Positions 31,438 through 41,077 of a stretch of DNA of 62,963 nucleotides are shown piece after piece. The stretch comes from a virus (Duplodnaviria > Caudoviricetes), in IMG/VR virus record IMGVR_UViG_3300042199_000105, positions 1 to 62,963 of that record; one strand, 5' to 3'. The translations under genes and the position numbers were made by a program. The stretch's first letter is position 1. Every line of letters starts with the position of its first letter. A model generated the notes under the pieces. The model saw only the letters and a list, made by a program, of their open reading frames with translations. It had not been told where the DNA came from and did no database searches.

Positions 31438-32191
31438 CCTTTAGCTCTTCTACCTTTTTAGTAACCTCGTTTATTGGATTAAACTCTGGACAAGCCGACT
31501 TGTAGGCGCACCAGTTACAGAAATCGTTACGGTTAGGCTTCATATCTTCCATCTTGCACTTACGAATCTTCCAAACCTCATCTACTATGGCTTTTAGGTG
31601 AGATCCTATCTGGGGTGTGGAATACTGTACATGGACAAAAGATCCAGTAAGTGGGTAGTAATGTGCCGCTACAATATTTGAATAAGGCACATTATACAAT
31701 TTACTTACAGCATACACATAGCCCTTAAGCTGAGAGTCTTGATATAGTTCAACTTTAGACTTCTCTTTCTTAGAAGTCTTGTAGTCGATAATTAAATACC
31801 CACCATCCTTACCTTTGACGATTCTATCAATTACTCCATTAAGAGTAATATCGTCTTTTACTTGAACTTCAAACGTAAGCTCTGTGGCTACCGTTTCATG
31901 AAGTTGTTGGTTGAACTTAACAAAATTCTGTATACACTTTAAATCTTTGCCATCGTACTTCTCTGATACGCTGTATGAACCCCTCACTTCTTCAGCTATC
32001 CGAACTAACTCCTCTTGAGACTTTGCGTTCACCCCGTTCTCAAAGATCTTGTGGACATAAGATCCAAAGTGCAGCGCGTCTGTGTTTGAGTCTTCTGGTT
32101 CAGGAAGCCTATCGACGTAGCGGTAACGATACTTCAACTTACACTGTTTAAAGGTTTGATACTTAGATTCGGAAATAGTTTGTATGTACAA
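31421..32191 (-). CDS. PD-(D/E)XK nuclease (RecB/Cas4-like exonuclease)
   Basis: GVIDRI, IIDYKT, QLKGY motifs; N-terminal Cys plus CNWCAYKSAC cluster; TTG start. Confidence 0.9.
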   Translation of the reverse strand: MYIQTISESKYQTFKQCKLKYRYRYVDRLPEPEDSNTDALHFGSYVHKIFENGVNAKSQEELVRIAEEVRGSYSVSEKYDGKDLKCIQNFVKFNQQLHETVATELTFEVQVKDDITLNGVIDRIVKGKDGGYLIIDYKTSKKEKSKVELYQDSQLKGYVYAVSKLYNVPYSNIVAAHYYPLTGSFVHVQYSTPQIGSHLKAIVDEVWKIRKCKMEDMKPNRNDFCNWCAYKSACPEFNPINEVTKKVEELKAKKTS

Positions 32192-33179
32192 TATAGCACC
32201 TCAGTTTATTAGAGACTACATTACCAAGAATTTTTCCAATATTGGTAAACTATCTGCTAATGGCCGAGAGTTTATAATGGAGTCGCTTTTTATCGAAAAC
32301 GATTATAAGCGACACATGAGCATTAATATAGATAGCGGTCTATGGCAGTGCTTCAAGACTGGACGTACAGGAAACTTTGTTAGATTCTACGCGGAAGCCG
32401 AAAATCTACCCTACTTTAAGGCTTACAAGGATCTCTTAGTTAAAAACTTCTGCTTCCTAGGTGACGATACAATTCCTGATATCGTCAAGGAAGAACGTCA
32501 GTTAGAACTTGATACTGATAGTCTAATACCACTTAATATTGCGTCTGGATTCTACGAAGATCCTAAGATATTGAACGCATGGAATATCCTCTTTAGTAGA
32601 AAGCTTTTTAATGAATCAAATGATACAAGACCAGAATACTACCTATGCTTGGATGGAAAGTTCAGAGATAGAATTATCATTCCGTTTAGTAAGGATGGTG
32701 TCGTGTTCTATTTCCAAGCCCGTGCTACTGGAGATCAGCGACCCAAGTATCTTAATCCTTCAACTGAGATAGCTCCTAATCCTTCTGAAATCCTGTATCC
32801 CTACGATGAAGATGCTGACCATCTAGTTGTTTGCGAAGGCCCGCTTGATGCTATCTCTCTACAGCTTCAAGGTGTAAATGCTACAGCCACCATGAAGAAT
32901 ACCGTTAGTCCTCGTCAGGCAGAAATCCTATCAACATTCCAAGGCAAGATTATTCTAGGATTTGATAATGATGCAGCGGGTAAAAGAGGTATCCAAGCCT
33001 TTGAAAGACTACGAAAGGAGCGTCGTATGAATCCTTTCTATGTCTGTGATCTTCCAAACAAGTGCAAGGATTGGAATGATGCTCATATAAAGGGAGTGAG
33101 CCTTCCTCAGTGGATTACCGAGAAAAGCTCACTGTATAATTTTGACTATAAGGTTATGAGTGAAATTAACTTATTGTAA
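32184..33179 (+). CDS. DNA primase (Toprim; T4 gp61-like)
   Basis: WQCFKTG Zn-binding remnant, RIIIPF, KYLNP, VCEGPLDA, GFDNDAAG, KDWND motifs. Confidence 0.92.
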   Translation: MYNIAPQFIRDYITKNFSNIGKLSANGREFIMESLFIENDYKRHMSINIDSGLWQCFKTGRTGNFVRFYAEAENLPYFKAYKDLLVKNFCFLGDDTIPDIVKEERQLELDTDSLIPLNIASGFYEDPKILNAWNILFSRKLFNESNDTRPEYYLCLDGKFRDRIIIPFSKDGVVFYFQARATGDQRPKYLNPSTEIAPNPSEILYPYDEDADHLVVCEGPLDAISLQLQGVNATATMKNTVSPRQAEILSTFQGKIILGFDNDAAGKRGIQAFERLRKERRMNPFYVCDLPNKCKDWNDAHIKGVSLPQWITEKSSLYNFDYKVMSEINLL

Positions 33180-34119
33180 AATAGAATGGTTTTGTTATTA
33201 TTGTATCATTTAATAAGTTATATTTAACTGTTAATCTATATGTCCCTGTAAGTCCTCCAAAGTTTGCTACTTGTGGGTGAGTTGCAAGAGTTGTAGTATC
33301 AAAATTAAATAATATCGTATTATCAGAGGTTACATTAACTAAATTTCTTGTATCATTAAAAGATGAAACCGTTACAACTGCTGGTAAAGTTGTAGAATCT
33401 TCATTTACTTTTTCTATTTTTATTTGAGGTAATACGATTGCTGTATCTTTAAATAAGTTCCTTATACTTGTGTCTATATTTCTATTTTGAATAGTTATAT
33501 CAGTCTTAACTTTGAGAGTTTCTATAGAGCTTAATGTTAAATGTTTATTTATTAAATAATTATTTGTTGCAAATATTAAAGGTTCAGTTACTGTAAAGAA
33601 TGTATCGTTATATAAACTAAACTCATTTATTAAAGTTTGATATTTAGAAGCTTGAGAAAATCTTACAGTCCAACAATCAATATAATCCGTAACAGCACTT
33701 GCAGTATTTCTTACTACTAAAGAAGATCCGTTCAATCCATAAAAACCTGAAGTTTCTTGAGTAAGATCTAAAACACAAACATATTCACCTTTAGCTATTC
33801 TATAAATAGAACTAGCAGCAGCAGGGTCCGTTTCAACATAGCGTACTGAAGAAAGACCAACTCTTTCTCCTGTAGCATTAGTTCCTGAACAACCAAAGTT
33901 CATTCTAATTATTGAACTTGGTATAGATGGAGAAATTAAGTTTTCATCTAAAACGCTGCTTGGAGAAAAGTTATCAGATTTATTAAAAATTGTTACGGCA
34001 CTGATATCAAAAGGGTCATAATATTCTCCATCATTGATGAAAAATGCTCTAAGGGCGACCTTTTGAATTACAGTGGGTCTATTATTTCTATCTACTAAAT
34101 CTACTCCGTTTAACTGCAT
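33166..34119 (-). CDS. Hypothetical virion protein (beta-rich)
   Basis: 317-aa ORF with AGGA RBS. Confidence 0.6.
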   Translation of the reverse strand: MQLNGVDLVDRNNRPTVIQKVALRAFFINDGEYYDPFDISAVTIFNKSDNFSPSSVLDENLISPSIPSSIIRMNFGCSGTNATGERVGLSSVRYVETDPAAASSIYRIAKGEYVCVLDLTQETSGFYGLNGSSLVVRNTASAVTDYIDCWTVRFSQASKYQTLINEFSLYNDTFFTVTEPLIFATNNYLINKHLTLSSIETLKVKTDITIQNRNIDTSIRNLFKDTAIVLPQIKIEKVNEDSTTLPAVVTVSSFNDTRNLVNVTSDNTILFNFDTTTLATHPQVANFGGLTGTYRLTVKYNLLNDTIITKPFYFTIS

Positions 34120-34282
34120 TTTCCTGTCTTTCTAAATCATCTTTCAATATTTTGGTAAATATTGTTCTTTCCATACGGGTCATACTCCTTACATCAGCGT
34201 ATGTAAAGTGTCCCTTATTTACCAATATATAGGCTTCTAGAAGCAGATTATCTAAATTAGTAATCTCTTCTAGTTCACGTTG
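34088..34282 (-). CDS. gp51-like baseplate hub assembly segment, probably reached by -1 frameshift from the gp26-like gene
   Basis: Not in the ORF track; -1 frame reads QRELEEITNLDNLLLEAYILVNKGHFTYADVRSMTRMERTIFTKILKDDLERQENAVKRSRFSR*, starting at slippery T TTT TTC. Confidence 0.7.
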   Translation of the reverse strand, partial: QRELEEITNLDNLLLEAYILVNKGHFTYADVRSMTRMERTIFTKILKDDLERQENAVKRSRFSR

Positions 34283-35013
34283 AAAAAATTTGCATCAATT
34301 GGCAGGTCTAGAACCGACACCCCTCCACAATCTTTGCATTTTAATTTAACCTTTGTATCAACCCCGTAATCAAGTTTTAGGCAGTTTACAATAGTTTTTA
34401 TATCTCTAATTGGCAACTTAGTTAGAACAGAGGCTATCACAGACTTATCTGTGTGTCCATCTATTTCTAATATAAACCTCCACAAGTGTTCCATAGGGTT
34501 TTCTATTTCAGAAAGCATCTTTTCATCTCTGACCCTTGGTAATCTTACTTTAACGGTCTTTTTAAGTTGAGGCAGTAGAACCTCTTTTGGATCACAGAAA
34601 TCATCTGGGACAGGGTTTACGTTTAATTGAGATAGTTTTACGGTAGTAGGATTTTCAGATTTACAATGACTACAGATTAATAGTGTTTTATAATCATCTC
34701 CATAAGAAATCTCTCTTAGCTTCATTAGTAAATAAAGCTTATCTATAGATAGAAGATCTAGAATCTTTATATTAGTTACACATCTCTGTAACAAGAGATT
34801 AATTGGATCTTGTTCTTTTTTTGCACTTACTAGTATCTTCTCATCTTCAAATGTCATTGGCCTGATAGTGATTGGCATATTAGGATCTTCTAATTCATAG
34901 ACTTTACATTCTGATGGTAAAGTAACTTCTATATCTGTACTAACAGGAAGATCTTTAAGTATTTCTTCTATAACTTTTTGCTTTGCTGGATCATTCATAC
35001 CCGATTGAATCAT
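34270..35013 (-). CDS. gp26: Baseplate hub assembly chaperone (T4 gp26-like)
   Basis: IRPMTFEDEKIL, DKLYLLMKLREISYG, two CxxC pairs, ends ...NFF. Confidence 0.85.
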   Translation of the reverse strand: MIQSGMNDPAKQKVIEEILKDLPVSTDIEVTLPSECKVYELEDPNMPITIRPMTFEDEKILVSAKKEQDPINLLLQRCVTNIKILDLLSIDKLYLLMKLREISYGDDYKTLLICSHCKSENPTTVKLSQLNVNPVPDDFCDPKEVLLPQLKKTVKVRLPRVRDEKMLSEIENPMEHLWRFILEIDGHTDKSVIASVLTKLPIRDIKTIVNCLKLDYGVDTKVKLKCKDCGGVSVLDLPIDANFFNVN

Positions 35014-35048
35014 ATATTATACTCCTACTTATACACTATAATAGTGTA

Positions 35049-36425
35049 ATGAAAATCTATGTCGATACTTTAAATTCTAGAATAGATACAGATAATCCAG
35101 ATCTGTTAAAAGCATTATGTGAATTATATGCTTTTAAGGAGCCTGGATCTGAGTATTCTATGGCGTATAAACGGAGACATTGGGATGGTAAGATTAAATT
35201 TATATCCAATACAGGCATTTTTAAGTCTGGCTTATTAAACAGAATACTTGAAGATCTAAAGAAAATAAATTGCGTTCCTGAAATTATATATGAGGATAGC
35301 ACCAAAAGTATCAGTTTTGATCACTTAGAGTTTAGTTTTAATAAGTTTAAATATTACGATTATCAGGAAAAACTTATAAGAACTGGTTTAGATCAGCACC
35401 GTGGGATAATAAAGTCTCCCACAGGTTCAGGAAAAACCTTGATAATGGCAGGTCTAATCAAAGCTCTGCGAGGCAGGAAGATGGTTATTTTATTTAATGC
35501 CAAGCAACTATTAACCCAAACTTACAAGTTCCTCACTGAATCTTGCGGTATTAAAGATGTAGGTCTATGCTTTGGAGAAGGATATGTGTACGGAGATATA
35601 ATGCTTTGTACCATCCAAAGTATAGATAGAATACTTGACACTCACCTAGAGTCTGCCGAAGTTCTAATGATTGATGAGTGCCATGAGTTTGCTAATGGAA
35701 AACAGACTTTGGCTGCTATCAGAAGTTTTCCCAATGCTGCCTATCGTTTTGGATTTACTGCTACACCACCTAGTGACAACATACCAAGATACAATCTTGA
35801 AGGTGCTTTGGGTAAGGTTATTCAAGTTGTAGATACAGCAAATCTTATTGAAGCAGGAACGCTAACCAAGCCTATAATACAGATTATTAACAGATCTTAT
35901 TCTGCTAGTGGAGCAGATGAAGATATGAGTTTCCAAGATGTTTATGAAACTTTTATTGTTAATAATGAATCTAGAAACAAAATAATTGCGGATATTGTAA
36001 ATGGAATCAAATCAAAAAACTCAAAAGCTCGTATCCTTATCCTTACCAAATCACTTGACCACGGTAGAGCCTTGGAAAAGTTGGTTGGAGGAAACGTCCA
36101 ATTCTTGGAGGGGTGTACTTCGATCAGCGACAGATATAACGCTATATCTAAGTTCAGAGGATGCGAAGAATCTAGCATCATTATTGGCACAAAAATCCTC
36201 CAAACAGGAGTAAATATCGAAGAGATTACACACTTCATAAATGCTAGAGGGTTAAAGTCTGAGATAGCTACATTACAAGCTCTAGGTCGTGCGATACGAA
36301 AGCATGAAAGTAAATCTGTAGTTTATGTTTATGATTTCTTAGATAAAGAAAAATATCTACATCAACATTCAAAAGCTAGAAAACGCCATTATGAAAGAGA
36401 AGGACATACGGTAAAAATTATATGA
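35049..36425 (+). CDS. uvsW: SF2 DNA helicase (UvsW-like)
   Basis: WDGKI, SPTGSGKT, IDECH, GFTAT, LQALGRAIR; start moved to ATG 35049, 6 nt after TATAAT. Confidence 0.93.
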   Translation: MKIYVDTLNSRIDTDNPDLLKALCELYAFKEPGSEYSMAYKRRHWDGKIKFISNTGIFKSGLLNRILEDLKKINCVPEIIYEDSTKSISFDHLEFSFNKFKYYDYQEKLIRTGLDQHRGIIKSPTGSGKTLIMAGLIKALRGRKMVILFNAKQLLTQTYKFLTESCGIKDVGLCFGEGYVYGDIMLCTIQSIDRILDTHLESAEVLMIDECHEFANGKQTLAAIRSFPNAAYRFGFTATPPSDNIPRYNLEGALGKVIQVVDTANLIEAGTLTKPIIQIINRSYSASGADEDMSFQDVYETFIVNNESRNKIIADIVNGIKSKNSKARILILTKSLDHGRALEKLVGGNVQFLEGCTSISDRYNAISKFRGCEESSIIIGTKILQTGVNIEEITHFINARGLKSEIATLQALGRAIRKHESKSVVYVYDFLDKEKYLHQHSKARKRHYEREGHTVKII

Positions 36426-36649
36426 AAACACCAGACTCAATAAAAAATGAACAGTTAAAGATATCTATAGATGATATAAATAATCTAAAGGCTGTTATAC
36501 AAGATATAACAGCCTTAATAGACAAGAAGGTTATCGAGGAAGATACTATTCGTAAGCTAACAAATGCTATAACTACGTTAGATAATGCTAGGGATAACTA
36601 CTATTGGCGGTTGCTTAGAAGCTCTAAGCAAAACCATATGATTGATTAG
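36422..36649 (+). CDS. Hypothetical protein
   Basis: 75 aa, ATGA overlap with the helicase. Confidence 0.65.
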   Translation: MKTPDSIKNEQLKISIDDINNLKAVIQDITALIDKKVIEEDTIRKLTNAITTLDNARDNYYWRLLRSSKQNHMID

Positions 36650-36876
36650 ATTATTTTACTAAATATCCAAGAAGCTGCTATTGATACTACAGAGGCTACT
36701 CCTGCGAGCCAGCCTTTGTATGCTTCTAATTTATTTATTCTTCCTTCAAGTTCCATAAGCATATTAGCTTGTCTATGGCTTTGGTTAATTAACGCATCTA
36801 GCTTACCTTCCAAGCGTCCGATAAGCAATACTAAGTCTGGGTCTAGGTGAGAGTTTGTATTCATAAATAATTCCAT
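36646..36876 (-). CDS. Small coiled-coil plus C-terminal TM protein (holin/XhlA-like)
   Basis: IGRLEGKLD...RINKLE then hydrophobic WLAGVASVVSIAASWIF. Confidence 0.55.
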   Translation of the reverse strand: MELFMNTNSHLDPDLVLLIGRLEGKLDALINQSHRQANMLMELEGRINKLEAYKGWLAGVASVVSIAASWIFSKII

Positions 36877-36887
36877 AAATTCTTTAA

Positions 36888-37352
36888 TTAGTTAGGTTCT
36901 GTAGGCCAAACTATATTAAAAGGATCGTTCTGAGTAGTTAGATCTCTAAGCAGTTGTCTGTATATTTGAAAATCAGATTTTTTTTGAGAACTTAGAGGAC
37001 TATCAGCTAATTGAGTCCAATCTGTTTGAAATAATTTCTTATTTCGTTCTAGTCTAATTGCAGCCCAAGCTTCCGTATCAGATTTTGGGGTTACTGTCCT
37101 AGAACCTATTACTGTTTTAGATTGTTCATCAATTGTGTAATTTAATTCAGAAATTATGTATAGTTTTCTATCTTCTGATGGAAGTTGATCTTCTACTACT
37201 GGGTAGAATTTATATCCAACATTATCTGACCAAGATAAATCCTGTAACTGAGCTTCAGAAAGCACATGAAAGCCTGATATGTTTTTCCAAGCTTCAGGAA
37301 GCTCTTTATGAATTGTAACTATTGAATCGTTATATATTTCTGCGTACTTCAT
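36888..37352 (-). CDS. Tail fibre assembly chaperone
   Basis: WAAIRLERNKKLFQTDWTQLADSPL...YRQLLRDL...WP signature. Confidence 0.88.
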   Translation of the reverse strand: MKYAEIYNDSIVTIHKELPEAWKNISGFHVLSEAQLQDLSWSDNVGYKFYPVVEDQLPSEDRKLYIISELNYTIDEQSKTVIGSRTVTPKSDTEAWAAIRLERNKKLFQTDWTQLADSPLSSQKKSDFQIYRQLLRDLTTQNDPFNIVWPTEPN

Positions 37353-37430
37353 GTCATTAGAAATTCTTTTCCATTAAGTATTATATTTTTCCAATATTAT
37401 TCCTTATAATATAGTGTTCAAAGATTTTTA

Positions 37431-37829
37431 TTAAAGTGCAGAATCAAAATTAATTGTTCCAAGACTAGTATTACCGTCTGATGTATTAATTATTTCTACA
37501 TAAGAAGCTAAAAAGAGTGAAGCATTGTTCCATTTAAAATACAAGGTGTCCCCATTTACAACTGTAAAGGTGTCACCACTATTCAAGTCTACAGGAGAGC
37601 CTCCATTTTTAACATATTGAAAAGCGTCCTCATCCGCAAATATTACATCAAAACGAAGTGTAATTGTTGTATTAATTCCTTCAATTGTTTGTTGTGTGCT
37701 CTGCATCCCAGCACTAGGGTAAGCTACATATTCAGTAAAATTAGTAGTACAAGTCACATCACTACCCCCACCTCCACCTGTTGATTTATTGGCTAACATA
37801 CTAATCTTATTAGACATTCCACCAAACAT
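37431..37829 (-). CDS. Tail-fibre-associated protein
   Basis: Likely start ATG 37829 (MFGGMS) overlapping the fibre stop; Gly linker then beta domain. Confidence 0.6.
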   Translation of the reverse strand: MFGGMSNKISMLANKSTGGGGGSDVTCTTNFTEYVAYPSAGMQSTQQTIEGINTTITLRFDVIFADEDAFQYVKNGGSPVDLNSGDTFTVVNGDTLYFKWNNASLFLASYVEIINTSDGNTSLGTINFDSAL

Positions 37830-40099
37830 TAGTAATTTTGACCTCCTGTAAATCCAAACCAAGTTGTTCCGTTATTAGGACTAAAGAAACTAAATATATC
37901 TGTTTTACCAGAAGTGCTAGTTAATGTAGGTCCAGTACCTCCTGCCCATTTAACAGCACCAGGCCAAGTAATTGTTCTAGCAGTTCCATCTGCAACAAGA
38001 ATCAAAGTAAATCCTTGTCCTGTACTAGTTCTAGGATCTGGGTTAGTTATACTGACGGAACTTATATTAGAATTTAATGTTCCTGAGAATACTTGAGCAT
38101 TATTTAAATTCAAAGTTATTGCACTTGTAGCAATAGTAAAAGTATTAACTCTTTCTGAATAATCAGTTAGTCTAATAGCACTTACATCACCACTAAGTGT
38201 TAGAGTATTAGTAGAAGATAAAGTTCCTGAAAATGTAGCACTAACTCCTGCAACTGTGCCTGTTACGTTAAATCCTGCTGGTGCTCTAGAGGCATTTAAT
38301 GCACTAGTAGCCGATAAAGCATTTGTAGCAGAGAAAGCATTAGTAGCAGAGAATGCACTAGTAGCCGATAAAGCATTTGTAGCAGAGAAAGCATTAGTAG
38401 CTGATGTAGCATTAGTAACTGAAGTTATTGATGAAGCAGTCCAAACAGTTCCATTATAAACTAAAGATTGTCCTGTTGTAGGAACCAATGTAGCCGATAA
38501 TGAAGAACCTCTGATTGCAGAAGCATTCCATTGTGCAGTTGTATTTCCTAATCCTTCAGGAACCCACCAGTTACTAGAATTTCTAAATACTAATATTTGA
38601 CCTTCTAATGGACTAGTTGCTTTTACTTCATATCCTTGAATACCAGAAGCATTCCATTGAGCAATGTAATTTTGAACTTGTTCAGGAGTAACTTGGTGAG
38701 GATTACTAAAGGTATCTCCAATGTGATTATCAATATCATTGTGAGAAAAGCTACCAATATTTAATAAATTATTGTGATCTATAGTTTGAGCAGTCCAAAC
38801 ATTTGAACTATAAATAAGTGCTTGATTTGTTGTTGGAGCTATTGTAGCGGATAATGGAGATCCTCTTAATGCTGAAGCATTCCACTTCGCAACAGTATTA
38901 CCTAGATTTTCATAAGTAGTTGCTGATACTGTAGTTGCTGATAATGAACTAGTAATTAATAAACTACCATATCCTGAAGTAGTAGTTGTAGTTCTTCCAA
39001 ATTGGAAATCACCAGAGCTAGTAGCTATCTTAGTTGCGTGTCCAGTTCCAGTAACGTCAATAGTCAAAGGACCGTGGGACTCTACAATCATTCTATTATT
39101 ACTTCTGCCATAATAATATTCTGATTGAATATGATATCCAGGCTCAACGTGAATATTTCCTGTTACATCTAATCCACCATTAGTTAACTGAACTTGTCCT
39201 GTAACAGTAAATCCATTAGGGGCTTGTTGTGCGTTTAATGCGCTTGTAGCTGATAGTGCGTAAGTAGATGAGAAAGCATTAGTAGAAGAGAATGCGTTAG
39301 TAGATGAGACAGCAGTTAATGCAGATGTTGGTAGTGCAGCAGGAATCCAGTTAGATCCTACATAAGTTAATACTTCATTTTGATTAGGTAATGCATTAGT
39401 AACCGCTACACCACGAATAGCAGAAGCATTCCATTGTGCAGTTGTATTCCCTACCTGAGCAGCAGTAACCGAGTGTGGGTTATTTGTTGCTGCTATGTGG
39501 TTAGATACGGTTGAACTTAATGTTGAGTTTGTAGATGAAAGAACGTACTGTGGGTGATCATTATCTGCAAGACCTAAAATAGCACCGTGGTCAATCTCTG
39601 CTTGAGTAAAGTGTACTGTGCTTGATGCGATGTGGTTAGATACGGTTGAACTTAAAGTAGAGTTCGTAGCAGAAAGAACGTATTGTGGGTGATCATTATC
39701 AGCTAAACCAGTTAAAGCTCCGTGATCAGTAACTCCACCACCTAATCCCCAAGTTGAAGAATTTGCTAATACAGTTTCATAAGTTCCGTTCCAAAATACA
39801 GAACTTGTATTTACTATAGAAGAAGTATTAGCTGCTGTAGCTGATACACTGTTTACTACACCACTAATATAGGATAAATCAGCAACACCCGCAGCTACGT
39901 TCCAGAATCCAGCACTTGCTTGTACTTGAGCATATACCGTATTCCAGAATGTAGATGAAACTAAAACTCCACTAGTAGCTCTATTAATACTAGAAGGAAC
40001 TATACTGCTGGTGAGAGTATCACCAGCAGCCATAGCTCTAATATTAGTAGGTCTGGCTAAACCATCTACTTCTAGTGATAGTAAGGAAGAAACTTCCAC
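37829..40099 (-). CDS. Tail fibre protein
   Basis: Internal repeats (DHGxxxGLADNDHPQY x2, xWNASxxxG x4, SATNAF hexads); C-terminal ITWPGAVKWAGG...DIFSF domain; chaperone nearby. Confidence 0.85.
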   Translation of the reverse strand: MEVSSLLSLEVDGLARPTNIRAMAAGDTLTSSIVPSSINRATSGVLVSSTFWNTVYAQVQASAGFWNVAAGVADLSYISGVVNSVSATAANTSSIVNTSSVFWNGTYETVLANSSTWGLGGGVTDHGALTGLADNDHPQYVLSATNSTLSSTVSNHIASSTVHFTQAEIDHGAILGLADNDHPQYVLSSTNSTLSSTVSNHIAATNNPHSVTAAQVGNTTAQWNASAIRGVAVTNALPNQNEVLTYVGSNWIPAALPTSALTAVSSTNAFSSTNAFSSTYALSATSALNAQQAPNGFTVTGQVQLTNGGLDVTGNIHVEPGYHIQSEYYYGRSNNRMIVESHGPLTIDVTGTGHATKIATSSGDFQFGRTTTTTSGYGSLLITSSLSATTVSATTYENLGNTVAKWNASALRGSPLSATIAPTTNQALIYSSNVWTAQTIDHNNLLNIGSFSHNDIDNHIGDTFSNPHQVTPEQVQNYIAQWNASGIQGYEVKATSPLEGQILVFRNSSNWWVPEGLGNTTAQWNASAIRGSSLSATLVPTTGQSLVYNGTVWTASSITSVTNATSATNAFSATNALSATSAFSATNAFSATNALSATSALNASRAPAGFNVTGTVAGVSATFSGTLSSTNTLTLSGDVSAIRLTDYSERVNTFTIATSAITLNLNNAQVFSGTLNSNISSVSITNPDPRTSTGQGFTLILVADGTARTITWPGAVKWAGGTGPTLTSTSGKTDIFSFFSPNNGTTWFGFTGGQNY

Positions 40100-40102
40100 G
40101 AA

Positions 40103-40693
40103 TTATTACCTACCCTTATCGTATTCAGTTCCATATTGACCTAGATTTGAGAATCCTGAAACTTTTAATGGATTAAATGGTAATAAGTTACCATAAGTAA
40201 TTCCTATAATTATTTGCGGTCCTGCCGCAGAATGACCATTATTTCTAAGAGTAGCTCCTACAGCCACTTCTCCATTAGATCCATGCCATTCTTGACTATT
40301 AACTATACGACCACCTCCATAAGGAAATCCAAAACCACAAATACCACTGGCTTGTGGGTTAGTATGGAAGGTTGCTGGTTGTATACTATTTATACTGGTA
40401 ACTCTAGAAAGTCCACTTAGTTCTACAGCCAAATAACCATTACCACCAACAGTAGCATTTGTAGCTGCTATATTAACATAATTACATTTAATTGGATTTC
40501 CAGCAGTATCTAAAAAAGGTACATATAAGTTTAAAGGAATTGTTCCAGATACCGCATAAAAAAATGTTCTTTGTCCTGTATCAATAATCATTTATTACCT
40601 ACCCTTATCGTATTCAGTTCCATATTGACCTAGATTTGAGAATCCTGAAACTTTTAATGGATTAAATGGTAATAAGTTACCATAAGTAATTCC
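40103..40693. repeat. 102-bp identical direct repeat (40103-40204 and 40592-40693)
   Basis: Direct comparison of the 3' ends of the two paralogues. Confidence 0.9.
40106..40591 (-). CDS. Virion protein, paralogue 2
   Basis: Shares TGQRTFF, IKCNY, SGICG, EWHGSNGEV and an identical 32-aa C-terminus with 40595..41077. Confidence 0.7.
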   Translation of the reverse strand: MIIDTGQRTFFYAVSGTIPLNLYVPFLDTAGNPIKCNYVNIAATNATVGGNGYLAVELSGLSRVTSINSIQPATFHTNPQASGICGFGFPYGGGRIVNSQEWHGSNGEVAVGATLRNNGHSAAGPQIIIGITYGNLLPFNPLKVSGFSNLGQYGTEYDKGR

Positions 40694-41077
40694 ATAACAT
40701 AAGAACGGATTTCCTGCTGCTTGCGCTCTTATATTAATTCCAGTACAAACTTCTCCATTTGAACCGTGCCATTCTACAGAAGCATTTCCAACAAATACAG
40801 AACCTATACCACAAATTCCAGAAGTTGGAAGTGCAGTTGTTGCATAACAAACTGCATTATTTCCAACATTTTTAAATATTGAAGGACCTACGGGTTCTAC
40901 TACAAAACATCCAGAAGTATTAGATGTTAAATTATTAACTACATCTACTTTAAAATAATTACATTTAATAGTATTTCCAGAAGTATCTCTAAAAGTAACA
41001 GAAGTATTTGCAAAAGTATTTGGATTTGCTCCTGAAACTCCTAGAAAAAAAGTTCTTTGTCCTGTTATAAGATCCAT
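40595..41077 (-). CDS. Virion protein, paralogue 1
   Basis: Tandem paralogue of 40106..40591. Confidence 0.7.
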   Translation of the reverse strand: MDLITGQRTFFLGVSGANPNTFANTSVTFRDTSGNTIKCNYFKVDVVNNLTSNTSGCFVVEPVGPSIFKNVGNNAVCYATTALPTSGICGIGSVFVGNASVEWHGSNGEVCTGINIRAQAAGNPFLCYGITYGNLLPFNPLKVSGFSNLGQYGTEYDKGR

